Below are positions 32,142-39,909 of a stretch of 64,000 nucleotides of DNA, piece by piece. Source of the DNA: a virus (lineage: Duplodnaviria > Caudoviricetes); the IMG/VR virus record IMGVR_UViG_3300044551_000092, positions 128,001 through 192,000 of that record, one strand, 5' to 3'. Within the stretch, counting starts at the first letter, position 1. Every line of letters starts with the position of its first letter. A program made the translations under genes and the position numbers. The notes beneath the pieces were generated by a model. It was not told the DNA's origin. It saw nothing but the letters and a program-made list of their open reading frames with translations, and ran no database searches.

Positions 32142-32159
32142 TGGGAGGGAAAATAAAAC

Positions 32160-32672
32160 ATGTCACATCCAGGATTAGATAAATTCAAAGAAGAAATGGA
32201 TCTTATTACGAACGACGACATCAAGGCTTTTGTCAATAACGCGATTGTAACGGGGCCTGAAAGTTTCTGGCAAAATGATACTACCGTAAAAATCGCCAAA
32301 AAAGCAGTAGCAATCGTCGATCTATTTATGCAAAATGATAATCTCGCAAATGGAGTTATCCGAGATATGATTTTGGCCGGTACAATTCTTTCTGATATTG
32401 CCTTAAATGAACTTTCGGACAAGGTAAAAATACTACATCCATTTGCCGCTTCAATTTATTTAAATCCATTGAAGAAGGACATTCACGGTAATTCTTATCA
32501 GGGTGCTTTGCGAATTATAGAAACCCATGAAGGGAATCAAACACCCAGCGTTATCGTGCGTGTTCAACCCGGCACACCTGAATATCTTGTGGCGCAGGCT
32601 TATACTCTAGCGAAGTCTGATGTCATTACGATAAATAAAACTTTAAAAGAGGAGAAACAAAAAAATGAGTGA
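32160..32672 (+). CDS. degenerate HD-domain-like protein
   Basis: PESFW, RDMILAGTILSDI (HD replaced by SD), HP..A, IETHEG. Confidence 0.45.
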   Translation: MSHPGLDKFKEEMDLITNDDIKAFVNNAIVTGPESFWQNDTTVKIAKKAVAIVDLFMQNDNLANGVIRDMILAGTILSDIALNELSDKVKILHPFAASIYLNPLKKDIHGNSYQGALRIIETHEGNQTPSVIVRVQPGTPEYLVAQAYTLAKSDVITINKTLKEEKQKNE

Positions 32673-32994
32673 AATTAATGAACAAAAAGTGCAAGCTCTG
32701 CAGGCAGAAGTGAAAACCAATTCATTAGACGAAACACTGGACGTTATCGATAATATTGTCAAAGAAGTTCAAGCTTCTCCATCCGTTAAAACTTATGCAA
32801 CCACTCATTACAAAAGGCTCTTGCTGCATGAGGCTCCGATTGCGGCAGTCGTAATTCTTGCCATCTGTGGAGTGCAGTTGGACGATATCTCGCCGTTAAT
32901 CAAAGCGGTGGCTTCAATCGGAGCCGTGGTTGTCGGTGCCTTTCCCGTGCTGACACATAATAAGTTGGTTAGTCAACTTAAAAAACTGTTTTGA
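32665..32994 (+). CDS. small membrane protein
   Basis: Two hydrophobic segments in the C-terminal half; GAGGAG SD. Confidence 0.6.
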   Translation: MSEINEQKVQALQAEVKTNSLDETLDVIDNIVKEVQASPSVKTYATTHYKRLLLHEAPIAAVVILAICGVQLDDISPLIKAVASIGAVVVGAFPVLTHNKLVSQLKKLF

Positions 32995-33010
32995 TTAGTT
33001 ACAGGAATCC

Positions 33011-33035
33011 AGCCCCTTAATCAGGGGCTTTTTTT
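33011..33035 (+). terminator. intrinsic terminator
   Basis: AGCCCCT / AGGGGCT stem followed by a T run. Confidence 0.8.
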
Positions 33036-33047
33036 GAAGGTGACAAT

Positions 33048-33278
33048 ATGGAATTGATTCAGGCATATCTAAAAAAAAGCAAAACGGCCAAAGATAAACG
33101 ACTGATTTCGAAATTGAAAAATTCTACTAATTTCAGAGACTATGGTCAACACATGAAAAAGTTATATGATCTGCAAAAAATGACTCAAGCTCTTACTGTT
33201 AATCAGCGGTTTATGCATGAATTGCAAAATAATCCGGTCCTTGATTTTCTTGCGGCACTCGGTGAGACCAATGATTGA
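33048..33278 (+). CDS. small protein with MELIxxYLxK N-terminus
   Basis: MELIQAYLKK; AAGGTG SD. Confidence 0.65.
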   Translation: MELIQAYLKKSKTAKDKRLISKLKNSTNFRDYGQHMKKLYDLQKMTQALTVNQRFMHELQNNPVLDFLAALGETND

Positions 33279-34026
33279 ACTGACGGCTGCGGATCTCTAT
33301 CAAATTCGTCACTGCGGACTTCAGTATTTCTTAATGAAACACAGTCATAAGACCGCTGCAAAATCAAACATTGAACGGGTAAGGGAGATAGTTACAGCCT
33401 CGATTAACTATTATTATCAACAATTAGAGGCTGGACAAGTACTCTCTTTTAAAGAATTGCAATTTAAGTTTCTATCCATTTGGAATCGAAACAAAGATCT
33501 TACCAATCCAGTAACAATTAAAACAAAGATTGAAGGCGCTACCCGGACACAATATAAAAAGACCGGTCTCCGGTTTCTGGATCATTTTTATCGAAGGCAG
33601 GAGCTGCATGTCGATCAAATCATTGCCCGACAAGTTGGTTTTCGGGTGCCGATTGTTACCGGCCAGTTCTACATAAAAGGGAGTATCCCTTACATTACTG
33701 AAACGCCGAATGGAAAAATCTCCATTATCAACTATCGAATGGGCACTAAGAAATATGATACTTTCTGGCAAAAAACCGATCTGGACATTACCTTGCAAGC
33801 TTATGCTTATCAATCTATTTTTAAAAAACAACCAGATAATATCTTTGTCCATCAGCTTTATTCTGACACGTATGCTTACTTGAAACGCGGCAAAACTGAT
33901 TTCCGGCGAATGATTAAAATAATCAAAAACGTAAAACAGCTTATTGATACGGGGAACTTTTTTCCGAATGAGGGATTTTTATGTAGTAGCTGTCCAGTCA
34001 GAAGCCTCTGTGCTAACTGGCATTAG
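33271..34026 (+). CDS. PD-(D/E)XK/Cas4-like fold protein, catalytic residues apparently lost
   Basis: N-terminal Cys plus CSSC...C; GSIP and IINYR where G-x-I-D and D-x-K are expected. Confidence 0.6.
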   Translation: MIELTAADLYQIRHCGLQYFLMKHSHKTAAKSNIERVREIVTASINYYYQQLEAGQVLSFKELQFKFLSIWNRNKDLTNPVTIKTKIEGATRTQYKKTGLRFLDHFYRRQELHVDQIIARQVGFRVPIVTGQFYIKGSIPYITETPNGKISIINYRMGTKKYDTFWQKTDLDITLQAYAYQSIFKKQPDNIFVHQLYSDTYAYLKRGKTDFRRMIKIIKNVKQLIDTGNFFPNEGFLCSSCPVRSLCANWH

Positions 34027-34042
34027 AAAAGGAGAATGAGAA

Positions 34043-34504
34043 ATGAGGAAAGACTGGATTCATTATTTTATGGATATTGCAGAACTGACCAGCCAACGTG
34101 CTACTTGTCCAAGACTGCATGTTGGCTGTGTGATTGTTAAAGACCATCGGATAGTCAGTACCGGCTATAATGGAAGCATTCATGGGCAACCGCACTGTGA
34201 GGACGCAGGATGCCTTCTGGACGAAGAGGGACACTGTATACGTACAATTCACGCTGAAATGAACGCAATTCTTCATGCGGAGCGTGAGAGCCTCATAGGA
34301 GCAACAGCATATGTTACCGACGAGCCGTGCGCAAACTGTATGAAAACACTAAATCAAGCTGGCATTAAAAATGTTATATATAAGAATGCTTATCCCAATC
34401 CCTATAATCAATATTTTATAGACGGTATGGCTGTTTTTAAACTTACAGATTTAGAGAAGAGGGAGTCTATTGGAACTCATTCGCAGTTATCTGAACAGAC
34501 TTGA
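34043..34504 (+). CDS. dCMP deaminase (ComEB-like)
   Basis: RATC.R..VG, STGYNG, HAEMNA, PCANC. Confidence 0.92.
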   Translation: MRKDWIHYFMDIAELTSQRATCPRLHVGCVIVKDHRIVSTGYNGSIHGQPHCEDAGCLLDEEGHCIRTIHAEMNAILHAERESLIGATAYVTDEPCANCMKTLNQAGIKNVIYKNAYPNPYNQYFIDGMAVFKLTDLEKRESIGTHSQLSEQT

Positions 34505-34907
34505 TTTACTTCAGATTCGCAAAGAACTTAGTTCTCAAATGAGCTTAGAAGGCATAACCCATCATATTTTTCTGAGAAGTCTTTTTGCAACTGATAATAG
34601 TCACAATAGGCAGGAACCCACTTGTAAAATCGAAGAGTCCGTAATCAGGGACGATTTTAAACTTGTAAATGAACTGTTAAACAAAAAAATTTATTTCTAT
34701 TCAAGAAAACAATTACTTGGATTTTTAGCTGACCAGGAAAAAGCGCAAGCTAACAACTATGAGAATAGGCCGATCTTTACCTGTTTCCAAAAACTTATGC
34801 CTTGTAAATTGGTTAATATTATTTTTTGGGTTAACGGGTACAAGGATGATAAAACAATCGTTACGACCGGGAGTGCCGCGCATGGCATCCATGATATCGT
34901 GAGGTGA
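34470..34907 (+). CDS. hypothetical protein with MELIxxYLxR N-terminus
   Basis: TTG start, GGGAG SD, MELIRSYLNR; paralogue of the next gene. Confidence 0.65.
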   Translation: MELIRSYLNRLDLLQIRKELSSQMSLEGITHHIFLRSLFATDNSHNRQEPTCKIEESVIRDDFKLVNELLNKKIYFYSRKQLLGFLADQEKAQANNYENRPIFTCFQKLMPCKLVNIIFWVNGYKDDKTIVTTGSAAHGIHDIVR

Positions 34908-34912
34908 TTAAA

Positions 34913-35245
34913 ATGGAGCTTATTCAGTACTATGTTAATCGAAATTACTTAATTAACACTCGAAATCAAATGCAAGAGAAGATAAAAAAGTTTATAACCG
35001 GGCATTGCCCCATTATTGAATACGATATTGGACTACTGACAGAAATTCTAAAGAATGATGATAAACGTATTCATTGGTCTACGAAACGACTACAGCATTA
35101 TCTAAAAGTTCAAGAAGCCATTCAGATCAAAAAAAATAAAAAAATTCGTCACCCTCTCACATATTTTCAGGATGGAGATCAAAAATCTAGTAAAAAAGAG
35201 TATCCAGTGATAATGATGGGGGGTAATCTCTATCGAGCTCATTAA
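34913..35245 (+). CDS. hypothetical protein with MELIxxYVxR N-terminus
   Basis: GAGGTG SD, MELIQYYVNR. Confidence 0.65.
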   Translation: MELIQYYVNRNYLINTRNQMQEKIKKFITGHCPIIEYDIGLLTEILKNDDKRIHWSTKRLQHYLKVQEAIQIKKNKKIRHPLTYFQDGDQKSSKKEYPVIMMGGNLYRAH

Positions 35246-35471
35246 TGCTTACTTACTAAGAAATGAAATTCTTTCTTGGGAAAGTATGTATAATAATTTA
35301 AGTAAAAGATTGATTCTACAGCATTATTTAGAGCTATCCGCCTCTGGAATGGACGCTCTTTTTAATCATTATAAAATAGCTAAAGTATTAAAAGTTTGGG
35401 AAAACGAAACAACGATTTCCTGGTTTTATCAGCACTTGAAAATGATTTTACTCGAATATAAAGAGTCATGA
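35232..35471 (+). CDS. hypothetical protein with (M)ELIxxYLxR N-terminus, probable ATC start
   Basis: In-frame extension of ORF 35286 gives IELINAYLLR; G-rich SD 7 nt upstream; in-frame TGA at 35214. Confidence 0.55.
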   Translation: MELINAYLLRNEILSWESMYNNLSKRLILQHYLELSASGMDALFNHYKIAKVLKVWENETTISWFYQHLKMILLEYKES

Positions 35472-35528
35472 TATAATAAAAGTTGGATATAGAGAACCTC
35501 TGACTATTAGATTAGGAGGTTTTCTTTC

Positions 35529-36437
35529 ATGAAATCGTGTGTATTTAGCTTTGATGAAACGAAAGCAGAAGAAATCAAGCAGCTTGCACTTGGCCAAGAT
35601 TATATTGATTGGGGTTTGCATACAATCATGGCGCCAGTGGCTTGGAAAACAACGAAAGGTAATGGAGTTAAAGTGGCAGTGCTTGATACCGGCGTGGATC
35701 AGACACATCCTGATCTGGAGGCCAACATTGCCGCAGTGGTTGATTTTACAGGATCACCTTCTGGCACAAATGATATTCAAGGCCATGGCACCCATTGTGC
35801 TGGAATTATTGCAGGGACCGATACGGGAACCGGAATTGTCGGTGTCGCGCCACAGGTTAAATTATATTGTGGGAAAGTCCTTGGAGACAATGGAACCGGA
35901 TCAATAGAGAACATCGTCAAGGGGTTGCAGTGGGCAATACAGGAAAATGTCGATGTCATCAGTATGAGTCTCGGCACTACTCAACAACCTCCAGAAAAAC
36001 TTCACGAATCCATTTTACAGGCTATTACAAAGGGCATTACCATTGTAGCGGCGACTGGGAATAATAATGGACCTGTAGGATGGCCGGCACTTTACGATGA
36101 AGTCATTGCTGTGAGTGCTCTAAATGAAGACTATGATCGGGCAGATTTTTCAAATTATGGGATAAAAAATGAGATCATTGCCCCGGGTGTTGATATCCTA
36201 TCGACATATAAAAATCACACCTATGCTCGCTTATCGGGGACATCGATGGCCACGCCAATTATTTCAGCCTCCGCCGCTTTGTATATTTCCCGCTTTAAAG
36301 AGCTGAATGATCAGCGGCCAAGCGTTCAACAAATTCACACGGCACTGGACCGGGCAACTGTTGATCTCGGCGGGGCAGGAAAAGATGAATACTATGGTTT
36401 TGGCCTCATAAATTTAGCTAAACTTTTTAAAAATTAA
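35529..36437 (+). CDS. subtilisin-family (S8) serine protease without signal peptide
   Basis: VAVLDTG, HGTHCAG, AATGN, SGTSMATP catalytic motifs; AGGAGG SD. Confidence 0.95.
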   Translation: MKSCVFSFDETKAEEIKQLALGQDYIDWGLHTIMAPVAWKTTKGNGVKVAVLDTGVDQTHPDLEANIAAVVDFTGSPSGTNDIQGHGTHCAGIIAGTDTGTGIVGVAPQVKLYCGKVLGDNGTGSIENIVKGLQWAIQENVDVISMSLGTTQQPPEKLHESILQAITKGITIVAATGNNNGPVGWPALYDEVIAVSALNEDYDRADFSNYGIKNEIIAPGVDILSTYKNHTYARLSGTSMATPIISASAALYISRFKELNDQRPSVQQIHTALDRATVDLGGAGKDEYYGFGLINLAKLFKN

Positions 36438-36488
36438 TTAATACTATAGTTTCAGGCAAATTGGCTTATATTTAGTAAAAATATGGTG

Positions 36489-36516
36489 ACAGAGGGAAAT
36501 TACCTCTGTTTTTTTC
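36489..36516 (+). terminator. intrinsic terminator
   Basis: ACAGAGG / CCTCTGT stem followed by a T run. Confidence 0.7.
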
Positions 36517-36540
36517 CTATTTATCGTATATAATGAATTT

Positions 36541-36735
36541 ATGAAACGAAACACAATCCGAACACAAGAAAGTGTGGCGATAACATTGTCTAAAAAAATG
36601 ATTCATCTCGTCGAGGATGCAGGATGGGAGATCGATAAAAAAGAATTAGAGGAGGCTGTCAAAACCAATGCCAAGAACAAATATCGGGGCAAGAATAAAG
36701 AAGAAAAACAACAATCTCAAGATAATAACAAATAA
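36541..36735 (+). CDS. small hypothetical protein
   Basis: 64 aa ORF after a TATAAT; no clear SD. Confidence 0.35.
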   Translation: MKRNTIRTQESVAITLSKKMIHLVEDAGWEIDKKELEEAVKTNAKNKYRGKNKEEKQQSQDNNK

Positions 36736-37123
36736 TAAACCTGTTCTAATTAAAACAGACAAAAGTAACGGATTAAGTCGAATAACGATGACATTGGAGC
36801 CTGAAAAATTCGAAGAATTTAGTTCTGATTATCGCTTAACTTTCGATGAGTATTGCGATGCTATTGATAAGGCTGCTTCAGAAGAGTTTGATGACTGGTC
36901 AGAACTTCGTCTTAGAGATCAAATTGCTATGAGTCAAGATGCACTCATTACGAAAACAATGATTAAATACGCGAAAACAGAAGAAAACCTAGACCTTTCT
37001 AAATTCAATGGCAACAACTTGGAATACATCAAGCGTTATGATACGGAAGGAACCTTTATCGGCGAGGCCATTCGACTAACGCTTTTATCCATTGATCAAA
37101 ATAATATACAGGTAACTAAATGA
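36668..37123 (+). CDS. hypothetical protein
   Basis: GAGGAGG SD, 151 aa. Confidence 0.65.
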   Translation: MPRTNIGARIKKKNNNLKIITNNKPVLIKTDKSNGLSRITMTLEPEKFEEFSSDYRLTFDEYCDAIDKAASEEFDDWSELRLRDQIAMSQDALITKTMIKYAKTEENLDLSKFNGNNLEYIKRYDTEGTFIGEAIRLTLLSIDQNNIQVTK

Positions 37124-37716
37124 CTCCATTAAAATTGCCGATGATGATGTATGGGAGATTCCGTCACGTTCGGGTAAAACATGACAAAGAAGGGCACACA
37201 GTCTATCTTAAAAATACCGCAGGAGAAATTCGTTTAACACCCAAAGGTAAAAAAATACCTGTTAAAGAAAAAGTATGGATCAACCATGTACGTGGAAAAA
37301 GTAATGGAATCTATCCTTCGGTAAATCACATTTATAAGCGAATCGCTCATGGTAGACAGCAGTTAAACCAGCCGGCTCTTGATCTGTTAGAAACATGGAA
37401 AGCGCTTGCTTACGAATGGGCTCAAGAAACCCATTGGGATCATTCATATAATGGAAAAGTCGTTGTAGAATTAACAGCCTATTTTCCAAATGACTTAAAA
37501 AAGAGAGACACTAATAACGTATTTAAACTATTAATGGATGCTCTGGAGGGACCAATCTATCCAAACGATGTTAATGCATTGCCGCGTGTCCTGGATTTTC
37601 ACACAGTTGAAGAAGAAGAACCTTACTTCATTCTCAATATCTATCGTAAGGAGGATGAAGCTATTGTCATGCGTGAACGACACCGAAGCCTGTATAGCCC
37701 TTTATCAAAAGTATAA
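37120..37716 (+). CDS. rusA: RusA-family Holliday junction resolvase
   Basis: PSVN..Y and RDTNN.FKLLMDAL.G.IY.ND motifs. Confidence 0.8.
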   Translation: MTPLKLPMMMYGRFRHVRVKHDKEGHTVYLKNTAGEIRLTPKGKKIPVKEKVWINHVRGKSNGIYPSVNHIYKRIAHGRQQLNQPALDLLETWKALAYEWAQETHWDHSYNGKVVVELTAYFPNDLKKRDTNNVFKLLMDALEGPIYPNDVNALPRVLDFHTVEEEEPYFILNIYRKEDEAIVMRERHRSLYSPLSKV

Positions 37717-38446
37717 GCAATCACAGCCGCTTATAAATTGTTTTGAATTGATGTTTAAGAAATATACGATTCTTTTTAAGGATAAAATCATTGATTTTCA
37801 TGATTATAACCAACGCTTTTTTATCAGTTTTTATCTAAAAGAAAAAAAGGATCGATCAAATTTTAGAAAAGGCAGTTACCATGCTAAAGAACTTGTCAGG
37901 AAAGCATACAGGGTATTGGATCTAATACGCCCAGCTTTTGAAGGGGTCGCAAATATCTATGGTGAATTAATTATTCCATTTCTACAATGCGCAGAACATT
38001 ATAAAATCAAGTCATCTTTTCAAAACTATATCTACATTGCTTATAAATACTATTTAAAACGGCATATAGATCAGTTAATCAAAAGTTATTTATCTTTTCA
38101 TACACGAAATCTTCCAATGGCTCAAGAAAATATTATCAAATTAGAGGAATCGCTTAAAATTTATCCTCAATCAACATTGCAATTAGATCTGGACAATGAT
38201 CTTGCCTTAACTCATCCAGATTGGATCAATGGGAAACTAGCTCAATATCCGTTTAATCAACTAAATAGTCTGGAACGGCGAATTTTAGTAGAAACCTATA
38301 CAAATACCGAGGCCAAGACAGATCGCGATATCGCAATAATTGTTGGCTATCACCCCAAATCAATCAGTCGAATTAGAAAAAAAGTAATCCACAAAATTAT
38401 TCATTATCTTCAGGAGGCCAAATTATGGCAACAGCAGCCGGCATAA
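37538..38446 (+). CDS. phage sigma-70-like factor (true start probably near 37665)
   Basis: Region 4-like LNSLERRIL...TDRDIAIIVGYHPKSISRIRKK; region 2-like FL.CA..Y...SF.NYI. Confidence 0.6.
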   Translation: MLWRDQSIQTMLMHCRVSWIFTQLKKKNLTSFSISIVRRMKLLSCVNDTEACIALYQKYKQSQPLINCFELMFKKYTILFKDKIIDFHDYNQRFFISFYLKEKKDRSNFRKGSYHAKELVRKAYRVLDLIRPAFEGVANIYGELIIPFLQCAEHYKIKSSFQNYIYIAYKYYLKRHIDQLIKSYLSFHTRNLPMAQENIIKLEESLKIYPQSTLQLDLDNDLALTHPDWINGKLAQYPFNQLNSLERRILVETYTNTEAKTDRDIAIIVGYHPKSISRIRKKVIHKIIHYLQEAKLWQQQPA

Positions 38447-38649
38447 TGACTATCAGTAGAGATTCAGAGGATTTACTCTTCACTGTCCATAGATTTGAGA
38501 AACTAATGGAGATTGAGCCCCACGATTCATTTGTCAAGATTGATACCGTGTGCTATCCACACCGATTATTTGAAAAAATTATCCTAATGAATAAAAGACA
38601 AATTAATGAAGTCTTAGATAATAAGGCCCTATGCACTGAAGCTCAATAA
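38425..38649 (+). CDS. hypothetical protein
   Basis: AGGAGG SD, 74 aa. Confidence 0.55.
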   Translation: MATAAGIMTISRDSEDLLFTVHRFEKLMEIEPHDSFVKIDTVCYPHRLFEKIILMNKRQINEVLDNKALCTEAQ

Positions 38650-38772
38650 ACCAACTAAATTATTTATATATAAATTCATAATATTTTGCCTATTATCTAT
38701 TGTTTTTAAGAAAATATTAGATATAATAAAAGTAGTAGTAACACAGATGTAACACAAAAATGGGGCAATTTC

Positions 38773-39615
38773 ATGGGGACATTTGACGATCAGATTAACC
38801 ATTATTTGATCGAAAAACAATATCACAGTACCAGGCCGATGCGGAATATTATTCATCCATCTTGCATTGGAATGTGTCAGCGACGTATTGTATTCGACAT
38901 GATGATGGTTCCAAAAGAAATGCAAAAAGTACAGGTCCTAAAAATTTTCGAGAACGGTACCCGGATGCATACCTGCTATCAAACATGGTTAGAAAAAATC
39001 GGCATTTTGGTTGAAGCAGAACGTAAACTCGATAAAGGCGCCATTTCAGGACATTGTGATGCGATCGTCAAGACGTATCCATTCACATGTCCAAAGGGAC
39101 AAGAGACCATTATTGAATTTAAAAGTGCTGCAAATGATAGCTTTAATTGGATGCAGAAGAAGAAAAAGCCGAAAACAGAGCATTATCTACAAATTATGTT
39201 CTACATGTATCTTAGCGGCATTCATCAAGGGATTATTTTTGTAGAAAATAAAGATTCACAAGAGACATTAGAATTTCCAATAACGTATCGTCCTGAAACC
39301 GGAAAGCAACTTTATGATCGGGCCAATTACTTAATCGACTTAGCCAAAAAGCGAAAGCTTCCGGATCGTCCTCAGAAATATGTACCCAGCTGTTATAAGT
39401 GTTCTATCTGTGATTATGCTTTTTATTGTCACAATCAAAGCATCAAGCGAAACGGAGAGGTTCGCTACCCCATACCTTTCCGTTTCGGGACTCCCGCTTA
39501 CATTCATGCTCTTGAAATCATCGATGCCGTTAATAATCATAAGCCCATCCCAGATGTCATCAAGGGAAACACTTTAGGAGACTTATACAGCGAAACGGCA
39601 GCAATGAATCAATAA
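38773..39615 (+). CDS. solo Cas4-like PD-(D/E)XK exonuclease
   Basis: HPS...C.R, G...H, GHCDA, IIEFKS, Q..FY, CxxC...C Fe-S cysteines. Confidence 0.8.
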   Translation: MGTFDDQINHYLIEKQYHSTRPMRNIIHPSCIGMCQRRIVFDMMMVPKEMQKVQVLKIFENGTRMHTCYQTWLEKIGILVEAERKLDKGAISGHCDAIVKTYPFTCPKGQETIIEFKSAANDSFNWMQKKKKPKTEHYLQIMFYMYLSGIHQGIIFVENKDSQETLEFPITYRPETGKQLYDRANYLIDLAKKRKLPDRPQKYVPSCYKCSICDYAFYCHNQSIKRNGEVRYPIPFRFGTPAYIHALEIIDAVNNHKPIPDVIKGNTLGDLYSETAAMNQ

Positions 39616-39638
39616 TCTAATGATTAGAGGGATCATGA

Positions 39639-39890
39639 ATGTTTCAACGTGTTGATGTTGGCTATAATAACTTTGTTTTCTGTGAAAAGATTATCGGTGT
39701 AGGAAATCCAAACTCATCTCCGATGAATCGTTTAATAAAATGGGCTAAAGAAAACCATCGTCTTGCGGATTTTACGCAGGGTAGAAAAACACGATCAGTC
39801 ATTGTCGCAGAAGCAGAATTTGGTGTTTATTACATTCTATCCGCGCTCAGCACCATTGCTTTTAATAGCAGAATGGATAAGATCAAATAA
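39639..39890 (+). CDS. remA: RemA/DUF370-family regulator homologue
   Basis: VGYNN.V..EKII....P.SSP..RLI..AKE..RL.D.TQGRKTRSVIV...ILSAL matches the RemA pattern. Confidence 0.8.
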   Translation: MFQRVDVGYNNFVFCEKIIGVGNPNSSPMNRLIKWAKENHRLADFTQGRKTRSVIVAEAEFGVYYILSALSTIAFNSRMDKIK

Positions 39891-39909
39891 GTCGATAGAG
39901 GAGGCCATT

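Noticed and set aside
38773-39615. Cas4-like gene as part of a CRISPR-Cas system
   Set aside because: No cas1, cas2 or array in the window; solo Cas4-like nucleases are common in phages.
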